From Lama guanicoe (Eukaryota): DNA of 64,000 bases. How positions within the stretch are numbered: position 1 is the first letter of the stretch; the number at the start of each line of letters is the position of its first letter. The notes under the pieces were generated by a model, which saw only the letters and a program-made list of their open reading frames with translations, was not told where the DNA came from and made no database searches. Where the stretch lies: NCBI GenBank assembly GCA_013239625.1, contig MU053504.1:374001-438000 (forward strand), in the 5' to 3' direction. Shown in pieces: positions 52,901-64,000 of the stretch. The position numbers and the translations under genes are program-made.

Positions 52901-55370
52901 GTTGTATACACATATGAATCTTGAAAACATATGCTAATTGAAAAAAAGCCATTTATGTGAAATGTCCAGAATAGGCAGATCCATAGAAACAGAAAGTAGA
53001 TTAGTGGTTACCAGATGCTGAGGTGGAAGGATTAGAGAGCATGATGAATGGAGAATGACTGCTAATGGGTACAAGGTGTCTTTTTAGGGTGCAAAAAATG
53101 TTCTAAAATTAGGATAATTGCACCCTCTATGAACATTTAAAAACCATTGCAATAGACATGTTTATTGGGTGAATTTTATGATATTTCATGAAATATCCCA
53201 GTAAAGCTGTAAAAAAAAATTAAAAGGTCCTAGCTTGGCTTAATTGGAAACATGAATATATAACAATAGAAATGAAGTCCCCAGGATCAAACTGCAATAA
53301 GAGAATTCATGATTATCACGCATGATTGAGACTTTTGTATTCTTCCTTTAACTAGAAAGTGGTCTGTTAATATCTAGACAATATTTTATGTGCCCATTAT
53401 CATACTAGCACAAGGAATTTATTTAAAATAAGTTGCTGAATGCTTTCCCGGCAAGAAACAAGGCAAGAATATCCACTCTTGCCAATCTTATTCAACATAG
53501 TGCTGAAAGTTTTGCCACCACATTAAGACAAGAAAAAGAAAAGTTTATATTCACAGATGACATAATGGTCTTTACGGAAAATCCCAAGGAATCGACCAAA
53601 AATAATGAAATTAAGAGCCTAGCAAGGTTGCAGGGTATCAGCTCAGCATTCAAAAGTTAATTATATTCCTATTTATTAGCAATAAACACTTGGAAACAGA
53701 TTTAAGATACAATATCATTTACAATCACTGAAAAAAAAACAGGTATAAATCTAACAAGGCATATAAATTATAAAATGCTATTGAGAGAAATCAAAGAAGA
53801 CCTAAATAAATGGGAAGACATAAAATGTTCATGGATGGAAGGCTCAGCATAGTAAAGATGTCAAATACTCCACAAATTGATACCCTAGTTTAATGCAATT
53901 CCTATCAAAATCCCAACAAAAATTACTGTAGATAGAGCAAGATTATTCTAGGATTTATGTGGGAAAAGAAAGAAACTTGGAGTGTCTAAAACAACTTAGA
54001 AAAAGAATAAAGAGGGAGAAATCGCTCTACCCAAAATTAAGGCTTATTATATAGCTTCATTAATCAAGACTGTGCTATTGGTAGATGGAAGGACTCAAAG
54101 CTCAATAGAACAGAATAGAGAGCCCAGAAATAGGCCCATGGAAGTATGGCCAGTTGGCTTTTGACAAGGGTACACAATCAGATCAATGGAGCAATTGGAT
54201 AATCACAAGCAAAAGTAAGAACTTTGACCTAACCTTCACACCTTATACACAATTTAGCTCAAGCTGGATCATAGATTTAAATGTAAAACTTAATATTACA
54301 GCACTTTTAGAAGAACTCAAAGGAGAAAATCTTAAGGATCCAGGGCTTGATAGAATTTTTAGGTATGACTCTGAAAGCATAATCTATAACAGAAAACAAA
54401 ATTAGTAACGTTGATTTCATAAAAATTAAAAACTTTTGCTCTGTGAAAGACCCTGTTATGAGGATGAAAACATAACCTACAGATTGGGAGAAAATATTTG
54501 CAAACCACATATCTGAAAGGAATCGTGTCTAGAGAGATAATCTTAAAACTCAACAAGTTAAAAAAAAATCCAGTTAGAAAATGGACAAAGGCTATGAAGA
54601 GATTTTACACTGAAATGGATATACAGATGGCAAATAAGCACATGAAAAGGTGTTCAACATTACTGGCCATAATTAGGGAAATGTAAATTAAGCCAAGTAA
54701 GATACTTCACACCTACTAGGAAAGCTTAAATAAAAACCAGTAGTGATACCAAATGCTGGAGAGGGTGCAGAGACCTTGGATTTCATACATTGCTGGTGGA
54801 ATGTAAAATGGCACAGCTACTCTGGACATTGGTAGTTCCTCAAAAAACTAAACATGCACTTAGTAGTAAGATCCAGGAATCACACTCCTGGACATTTATC
54901 TCAGAGAAATAAAAACTGTGCCACACAAAAACACCTGTACACAAATGTTTATAAGTAGCTTTATGCGTAATAGCCAAAACCTGGAAACAACTTCAGTGAA
55001 TGGTTCAGCAAACGTGCATGCAGTGGGCTACCACTCAGCAATGCAAAGGGATGAACTGTTGTTGGAACAGAATGGATCTCAGGGTCATCAGGCTGAGTGA
55101 AAAAAGTCAACTCCAAAAGGTCACATACTGTATGATTCCACTTATGTAACGTTTTTTGAAATGACAAAATTATAGTGGTACTAAACAGACTAGTGGTTGC
55201 CAGAGGTTATGGATGGGGAGAGGGTTGTGGGTGTGGTTATAAAAGTGGGTAGCATGAGTGAGATCTTTGTGGTGATGTGACTATTGGGGAAAACTGGGTG
55301 AGGGTACTCAGGATTTCTCTGCACTATTTCTCCAACTTCCTGTGAATCTTTATTTCAAAATAAAAGGTAT
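50000..55370 (+). mobile_element. Tandem sense-orientation degenerate L1M elements in intron 4
   Basis: ORF2 remnants (GAAAAAGCATTTGACAAAAT, CTAGAAGAAAA) and 3' ends near 50890, 53220 and 55365; many frameshifts. Confidence 0.85.
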
Positions 55371-58300
55371 TTTAAAATCTAGGTACTAAGGAGTCACTTA
55401 GGTTCTTAAGTCCACTGTGTTTATTGAGCTCACTGTATGTGGGGCACTAGATCTAGGCTGAGTGCTTCACAAAGACCAGTGATGCCATCCGTGCTCCTGC
55501 TCTTCCCTCATCTCATGGGGATGAATAGGAGACTTCGGAGCGCATAGGAAGAAGAACCTGAACCACACTTGGTGTTCAGGGAAGGCTTCCCCAAGAAGGG
55601 ACTGACCTCCGTACAGGAGATGTTAGCCAGGCAAAGAGTTGGGTAGAATGGGCGCTTCAGCCAGACAGACGGTCTGTCCTATGCAGAGGCCTGAAAGGTC
55701 AGGCCAGGTGTGGTTAGAGCCAGGCGAGGGTGCAGTGGCGGTGGTGAGTGGGTCGCTGAGCCCAGGGCAGACTTGCCCACTTAGGGGTAAGGGAAGAAAG
55801 GGTACAGTGCTCCCTACAAAGTGAGTGGTGTTGGGCCTCAGTTCAGGGAACCTTTTGTGTGTGAAAGCTCTAGGTCTTTGGGCTAAGAAAGGCTTTGGGG
55901 AGTATGTGGGTATTGTTCTAGGCCCAGAACATGGGGATAGAGGCTGGGAGTGGTGTCAGCCAAGCACAGGCCAACTGCAGGCACGGCCAGCTCTCCCCAT
56001 CCTGCCCTTGCTCTCTTGGTTAGCTGAAACTCCTGGCCCCCTAGCCTTGGGATTCACCCGATCCTTGACAGAACTACCACCCAGTTATTTTTGTCTAATC
56101 CCAGGATTATTGGCTTTTTTCAAGTGCATATCCCCTTTGCCCTACTTTTTCATCTCTTGGTATCTCCAGCACCTAGACCAAAGCCTTGCACATTTTTGAT
56201 GAGTTCTCTATATAGCAGATGTTTTCCTCTGAGTTCAGGAATCCCTGGGGCTGGGCCCCTACCATTGAGGCACGTGCTATCCCTCTGGCGTGGGAGACAG
56301 GCAAGTAGAGAAGAGTGATAACTGCCATTACAGAGACCCTTCGTAGGTAGCCTAGGAAAGGCTTCTTGGGGGAGGTGCTGCCTGAGCTGTGTCTTCATGG
56401 GGAAGAGGAGAAGTACTCCTTAAGCTCCTTTTTCCCTTTTATATGTCTGAATTATTTCCTACAATTCCTTTCAGGGAGGGGTTGTTCCAGGTTGTGGGAC
56501 CAGCAGGCCAGAGGCATCAAGGTCTGAAAGCATGGGACTGTCCCTGAATTTTGGCTGGAGAGAGAATTCATATGTGGAATCCTAGGATATAGCAGCTCTG
56601 AAGGATGGGACTAGATTTTGCAAGGCCCCTGATGCCAAGTGCATGAATCTCTCCCTTGGGCAGTCAGAAACCACTGAAGGATCCTGGTAAGAGGGTCTTT
56701 GGCTAAGGCTCCTGGTGGACTGAAGAGGGTGAGGCAGAGGGCCGAGCCTCGTCCCTCCTGCATACCACTCTTTGCGGATGGGACTTGTTCTCCTTTTTTC
56801 TGCCACCTCACCCACCTCCCACGTCAAGGAAAGAGTATTACTTGGCTCCTATTAGGAGCACAGGCTTTGGAGGTTGATAATCTGGGCTCAAACTCTGACC
56901 TTGTAGCTTTACCTGTCTCTTGGTGAGCACAGTTAGCCCTGGTTTTCTCATCTACACCTTGAGAATTATTGTATCTTTCTCAGATGTTTCTTAGCATGGA
57001 ATATGGTAGGTGTCATGTACTGAGCACATTGCTCAGAATATATAGTAGATGTTCAAGAAATACTCCATGGATCCCATTCAGGTAGCAGGCAGAGATGAGA
57101 ACAAGACTGAAAGTGTAGTTATTACAGGGTCCCCTGAAAGAGAGAACCTTCTTTTATTTATTTATTTTTAATACTTAGCCTATTCCTCCTAGAAAAGGAT
57201 TTGATGGAGGCGGAGCAACTTAGGTGTGAAAGTTTCGACCCAGAGGGTGTGCTGGGCAACTGCATTTAGACCTAGGACCTTGACATTGTTTCCTTTATCA
57301 TCACTCTGGCCACTGCTTATCAAGGATGGGAGAAACTGCCATCTCTTGGCTGTCTACCATTTGTTGACCACACACTGAGTGCTTTCATTTATGGTTACCG
57401 ACCTTCCAGACAGTCCTACAAGGAGATCAGTGGCATCCCTGCTTTTACAGGGGCAGGAGACAGTGGATGAGGGAGGGAGCATAACTTCCCAGAATTATCT
57501 AACTGGGGTGGTGAAGATTAGGGTTTGCCCCTACGTGGGACTCAGAAGCTTGTGCTTTCTCCACTGCACCCCTCAGTGTTAGTTCACGCAATCAACATGT
57601 GTACAAGTTCAGTGCAGTGCGTGCACACTGATTATGGAGGAAAATCCATCCCCTTTTCCCCCTCAGTTAGGTCTTTCTCAGGCTAGCTCGTCTCCTAGGA
57701 CTAGGTAGAACTGGAAGAGGAGGCGAAATGTTTAGGAGGCTTTTTGTTAGCCACTAGCGAGTCAACGGGTCTTCCATATCCCCTTCTCCCTCCACCCCTA
57801 CCCATTCCAGCCCCCTACCTCTGTCAGCACAGATGCCTATAATGACATCCATTTCTTTGTGAGAGCCCCGTTGCCACCATGTTGCTGGGCAACCAGCACT
57901 CACACGTGCACCTTTTTGTTTTTCCCTCAAATGCCAGATTCAAGGGTGGAGCCTTAGGGCAAGAAGAAGGGAAGGAGCAGGACAGCAGAGGGCCCACCTG
58001 GCTGCTATAGGATGTTAATTACCCTGTCACTGAACAGCCTTGGCTTGTGTTCTGAGTAGGAAAAACGGAAGGCTCTGCTCCTTCCCACAGAATACAGTTC
58101 TGTATCCCACCCCTCATTTTCCACACCATCTTGCCTATCCCACACTGAAAACCTCCAAATGCAAACTGAAGTCGGGATGTCCTGAGCAAGTCTGTGGTGA
58201 CGTGTGTCCAGAGTTTGTCAAAGGATACTGGGTCTGCTGGTGTAGATGGAGAGGACATTCCAGTGTGGTGGAGAATCGAGGGTGAAAAGTAGGTCTGTTC

Positions 58301-58841
58301 TACTCCTGGGGCCTTTAGGGAGGAGGAGTTACTGACAACAGCCCATCTGTAAGGGAAGTTTTTTTCATCTAAACCTAGCTTTTTGGGTTGCCATTATGAT
58401 TCTAACCCATTTCCCTTTGCTCCATCTGTCCTCAGTCAGGAGACTGTATCCCTCAAATCTTGTTCTCTGTTTTGAAAAATCAGTTTTTACTATGCTTAAC
58501 CAGCTTTGCTAAAAATAAATCCTTAGCTATAAAGCTTTTATTTATGTCATTTGAAATTCATTTTTAATCCCAATCAGTCTGTGTCTTTATGTATTTTTTA
58601 AATGTTCCCAATATTTTATGTTCCACATTTTCTTTTTAAAATCTCATAATTCATTTACTAAAGTACTAAATATATCTTTTTTTTTAAGTAATCTGATATT
58701 TTAGTCTGCTGATATGCTGTAGCTTGCCTAACCTCCATAGGGTATTTCAAGCACATTCAGTTTTTCATTTTAAATAGTACACTATGAACATCTGTATATA
58801 AATTTTTTCTTTTACTTCCTGGAGTTATATTTCCTATGCTG

Positions 58842-59315
58842 GCAGATTTCATACTTCTTTGTCTCAGGAACTCTCTTGCATTCCCCAGAATTATTGAGGG
58901 TCCCAAAGAGCTCTTGTTTGTTTGAGTTAAATCTATTGATATTTACTATATAATAAATTATAGCTGAAAATTTTTAATTAAAAAAGTAAATTTTAAATTT
59001 AAATATACATTTATTCATTGTAAAATAGCAGTAATAAACTTGTTTTGTGTTAATGTAAGTAACAAATTTTATGAAAATAACTATTTCCAAAACAAAAAAT
59101 CAGTGAGATTGTTGCAGATCTCTTAAATATCTGGCATGAAAGACAGCTATATTCTCATTCCTGCTTCTGCAGTCAGTCTGTAGGTGGTAATGTTTTTGTT
59201 TAAGGCTTAACATACATTGTTGGAAAAGAGAGGAGTAGTTTAATAGCCTTTTAAAATAATTGTGGATATTCTTCTTTGCATTACACCAAAACTTGATTAG
59301 TGATAGTTTCTTCAA
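58842..59315. mobile_element. hAT-Charlie DNA transposon fragment (Charlie2-like)
   Basis: GTCTCAGGA...ATTATTGAGGGTCCCAAAGAGCT...ATCTATTGATATTTAC. Confidence 0.6.
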
Positions 59316-59317
59316 TG

Positions 59318-59730
59318 TGTTAATCTAAAACAATGAAATAGCCAGTTATTTTACTAGCAAAACAAGTTTATCCAGAAGCAGCAACAAATTGCAATTTGGG
59401 ACATGCAACTACACCAGACATGCAAGTCTGGTAAAGCAAAGGAGAAGTTTTTTTTTATAGAGGAGAGGGAGATGTTGGGAGGGGCTTTTATGAACAAAAA
59501 GTCCATTGGAGGAAACTGGGAATTTGAAGTATAATGGCTTTCCATTGGCTGAACTGTGACACTCTCTCACTGGCTGAGCTGTTGCCAAGCAAGGAGAAAA
59601 TCTTTCTTCCTTCTCCTGGCAGTAGTAAAGTAGTGTCAATTCCTGTTGGAGGTGCAAGATACTTTTTTTCTGCAGGATCTATATTGATGTCGGGTGGTAT
59701 GGGATTCAGTCCTTAGTGTTTCCTCCTTTT
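59318..59730 (-). mobile_element. ERV1-type solo LTR (partial)
   Basis: Minus strand has two CCAAT boxes, CTATAAAA, a GATAAA polyA-like signal and a TTAACA end. Confidence 0.6.
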
Positions 59731-61643
59731 GATACCTGTATCAGTTGCTTCAAAAGAAACTGTCTTGGCTTGGATTATTCCAAGAACAAAATATGGTTGG
59801 AACAAGATGGGGTAGAGTGATAGGAGATAAAACTATAGGGGTAAGCAAAGGACAGTTTGGTAGAGCCTTGGGGTCAAGGGTCAGGAGCAGTGGGAAGCCA
59901 CTGGGTGTGTTTAGCAAGGGAGGGACTTCGTATTATTTACTCTTTTTTTTTTTTAATTCCTCTGGCACCTTAGCGAATAGATTGGAGAGGGACAAGAATA
60001 GAAACAGAAAGACCGGGTAAGGGGCTGACACAGGCACCCAGGCAAGAAATAATGGCGGTAGGTGGTAGACGGTGGCAGGTACATAGATGATTTGGGATAT
60101 ATTTGGAAGTCTACCTGATAGACTGCTTATGGGTTGGCTTAATGATGGAAAGAAGAATCAAGAATGATGTAGGAAAGTTTTTTATTTGTTTGTTTTTCAG
60201 CCTAAGTCATTTCTAATTTGGGGCCACTATTGCTAATGCTTTGGTGAACTTTTTATGCAACTTAGAGCACATCTCTGATTATTTCCTTAGCATGCATTCC
60301 TGACAATAGAATTAACTACATTAAGTACTAAGCCTCTTTTTAAAGATTTGGATACATATTACTCAGTTGCCCCCAGACAGTTGTATTAATTAGCATTCCC
60401 ACTATTTTGATGATATTTCTCCATGTTACTCATTGCTGGAGTTAGTCTCCTTTTTCTTTTAGATTTAGAAAAGCATCATCCCCATAGCATTTGTGAACTA
60501 ACTGAACCCAAATTCAGTTTCTTATTGTTACCCCATTCTTCACTGGCTGTTGGCTGGGGCCTCTCTCTCAGTGCCTTAAGATCTTGCATTTCCTCTCCCA
60601 TGACCACCTCCATGTTCAAAGCCAACAGCAGTGTGTCGAGTTCTTCTCATGCTTCAAATCTTTTCTCCTACCTTCTCTTCTGCCACCAGCGAGGGAAAAT
60701 TCTCTGCTTTTAAAGGTCCGTGTGATTAGATTAACCCACCCAGATAATCCCCCCTTTTTTGTTCACCTGCCATAAAACAAAGCAGTTGGAGGAGTGATCT
60801 CATCACACTCACAGCTTCTGGGGAAAGGAGGTATGGAATCTTGAGGAGGGACCATTTATGCCAAATGCAAAGTACATTTCCTCTCCCCCAGAGTTCCTGA
60901 GAGTCTTGTGCCATTACTGGATCAGCTTAACCTAAAATCTTATCTATATACCTTAAAAGACCCAAATTTTACCTTCTGAATCATCTGAATCAGGTGCAGC
61001 TGAGGAAGGTGAATGAAAGGACTTAAGTATACTGGTAAAGTTTTTACTTTCTACTTGAAATGGTAAAATATTGTTTCTCAATAGACTGTGAAAAGTTACA
61101 TATGTTTATTGTGATCCCTCAAGCAACCACTGAAAAAACTATACAAAGAGATCTAGTCAAAAACACTAAAGTTGAATTTAAAAAGGAAAAACAGAGAAAA
61201 GAAAAAGAAAAAAAGTTGGAAAACAGTAATTAAATGGTAAATCTGAATCTAAACATATCACATTAAATGTAAATGGTCTCAATACATCAGTTAAAAGAGC
61301 ATGGGTTGGTTTTGAAGTTGGGAAACCTAGTATGAATTCACTCTTGGCGACTTACTACTTATCTGGCCTTGTATAAGAACACTTGCTTCTCTGAGCCTCA
61401 GTTTCTTCATTTGTAAAATGGGAATAAAAATCAAATGTACTCAGAGAGCTGCTGCAAAGATGAAATTAGGTAATGTATACAAGGAGCTCAGCACATCCAT
61501 CTGTTTAAAAAGTAGAGATATTTGCTCATATATACAGAGTATCTTTGGAAGAATATACAAGACACTGATGTCACTAGTTGTTTGTGGGAAGAACTGGTAG
61601 GTCGGAGGACAGGACTGAGAGAGAGATTTTTTTATTATTATTA

Positions 61644-61942
61644 CAGGTCCACAATCTCTTATCTACATCTAAAATCAAAAGAGCTCTGAAAACCAAGTGT
61701 TGTTGGTTGTTTTGTTTTGTTTTTTCATAAGATTGGTGCCAAACCTTGTCTGGTAGCAAAACCTGACCTGAAGTGACATGAAGCTCCTTATATATTGATC
61801 GTGTGTGAATTCTCATTCATTCTGCAGAAGTGTTAGGGTTACAGGGTGCTACACAGCATTTGCTAGGTGTACTCATCTGACCTTTCTGAAATACGAAAAA
61901 TTCTGAATTCCAAAACACATCCAGCCTAAGATTATGGATCTA
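61644..61942. mobile_element. TcMar-Tigger-type MITE
   Basis: TA-CAGGTCCACAATC ... GATTATGGATCTA imperfect terminal inverted repeats. Confidence 0.55.
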
Positions 61943-64000
61943 TGTATCCTTTGAATTTTGAGTTCAATCTGTGTATTCTCTTGAATTTTGAAACTGGTAA
62001 AAGCATTACCTATTCAGAAATTGTTAAAACTAAATTTTAAAAATTGTTAAAACAGAAATTTTAAAAACTAAATTTAGCGTGGTGCCTGACACAAAGCAAG
62101 CTGTCGGTAAATACCGGCAGCTGCTGTTAATCCATTCTTCCAGGCCTTTCCTGTCAACAAATCTGTTCATGTCCAATACTACATTTCACCATCACAGCAG
62201 CCCCTACGAGTGTTACTACTTAGATTTTACATCTTAAAAGACTGAGGTGCAAAGGTTTTGTGACAGACCCCTGCCAACCAGCTAGACAGTCCCCCACCCA
62301 GAGTCCAGTGCCCATCTCTGATTCCCAGTCCTGAGGCCTTTCCAGTTCCCCAGACCACCTCAGCCATTAGGGTGGCATCAGCTGGATTTGTGTGCCCAAG
62401 AGTAGTGTGTTGTTTTTATCTAAGAGGAGAGGAGAGCACGTAAGGAGGAAATCATGTGTGGTCAAGATCACCCCCAAATCCCTTAGAGGGGCCTTTTTGA
62501 GGTTGGGCCGTGCTGTCCAGTGGGCCCAGCTAGGCAGTTGTGCCTACAGAGTTTAGCATACAGCACTTTTCTTCAGTTGATTACCAGATGAAGTTTTAGG
62601 GGCTTGATTTTAGAGACCATGTGAAAAATTAGCTTTTATTTTCAATCTCTAGAGCTTCAGCACATCCAGGACTGAGAATGTTTTATAACAGGCTCTGGGC
62701 ATATACAGAACGAGCTCACAGAAGTGTGTGTGTGTTGCAGTGAGACCGTGTTGAGTGTGAGCCTAAAGGATAAGCCGTGACAATTTCAAGTACAGTTTCA
62801 AATTGTTGGGGTGGGCCTGGCAGCTCCCTTTCTATCCTCCATGGTTCGGTGTTTTTTCTCTCCTCCCCACGCTCTGTGGCCCAGGAGAGAGAGACAGAGA
62901 TGGCTCTGTGTTTCAGGAGCCAGCAAGGCTCTGCTCTCGAGGGCATTGTGATAGCCACTGTAAGCACTCTGTTTGCTGCCCTCTGGCACCACCCGGGCTG
63001 TCCAGTGAGGCAGGTTATTGGGAGGCCACCAGAAACTTTGATTGCCAGCTCCATGAACCATGGCTTGGGGGCAGTAACCTAAGTCAGGAAAAATTGCTTC
63101 CCTTGGAAACCACGTCCACCTAAATGCCAACAGCCTGTTCAGCCCAGTAGGTAGAACTTAGTGAAGAAGCACCTACTTTTGGATTTTTTCCCAGTTCTTT
63201 AATTAATGACTTCTTACCTGTAAGCTTAGATTTGCTGCTTTTTAGAAGGCTTTCCCAAGGTCTGGCAGGAACCCGCCATGCCCCAGAACTGTCAGGTTTG
63301 TATTGCTCACCAGGGCTCCAAGCAGATTCCAAAGCACATTTTTTTCAAATACCAAACCTTTTTTGTTTTGTTATATCCATAACCATATCCTTTATAGAAG
63401 AAAACAGGAAAGTATAAAGAAGAAACTCCTCCCAGGTGTAACTGTCACTGTTTATAGTTTCAGTTAATGCATCTTTCTAGTTTTATTTATACACACATAC
63501 ACGCATTTTTCACACTTGATTTCCTAGGCTATTGATAATCCCCTTTTCTCCCACAGTTAACACTAGAGCAGAAGCATTTTTGCACATCATTTTAAAACAG
63601 TCTAAAAGAATGCTGTTTCCATGACTTCATTACCATGATCTCCCTAACTGGTCCCAATTTAGGGCCAATATAGTTCCCTTAGTTAAAGTCTTTATGGTGA
63701 TATTTTAATTTGAATTATGTATTCTGTCTTTAAGATGGATACCTAGACAGAAAATTATCAAATCAAAGAATGTGAAGATACAGAAGGCTGTTGAAAGACA
63801 TACATTTTGTGTGTATATATTAGTATAGGCTTGATCCACAAAGTATGCGCTCAGTTATGCTCCGGCTCCTGCAGTCTCAGTGTGGGCAAAACTGGTTCTC
63901 GGTGGGGATGAAAAAAAATCCTAGAAGTTACAATAGTTTGTGGCCATCCAATGGGCCACAGTACATAAAAAGATGTACAATGTCTGTGATATTAAAATTT

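Noticed and set aside
48296..64000. Search for PSMF1 exon 5 onward (CDPLGPF..., proline-rich tail)
   Set aside because: No matching sequence seen by eye; intron 4 presumably extends past the window, so this is not evidence of gene truncation.

Overview
Mammalian genomic DNA, most likely a camelid (three tRNA-derived SINEs resembling camelid vic-1; no Alu, Bov or PRE-1 SINEs recognised). Bases 1-33 kb are repeat-rich intergenic DNA (L1, L2/MIR, MaLR/ERVL LTRs, DNA transposons, microsatellites). A CpG-island promoter at ~33.3-33.7 kb starts the + strand gene PSMF1 (proteasome inhibitor PI31). Coding exons 1-4 (33566-33694, 39810-39962, 41438-41520, 48110-48295; 551 nt) splice in frame with GT-AG boundaries; later exons were not found and presumably lie beyond the window. 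Top unexplained signal: an ATG-initiated, CpG-rich ORF at the end of intron 3 (from 47892) encoding a protamine-like Arg/Lys/Cys/His-rich, NLS-like peptide that reads in frame into exon 4, a candidate alternative (possibly sperm-nuclear) PI31 isoform lacking most of the FP domain. Other candidates: a TCF/LEF site cluster and a palindromic RFX X-box in the upstream intergenic DNA, a 95-nt 5'UTR mini-intron, and a young TSD-flanked L1. Repeat family names and boundaries are by eye and approximate.
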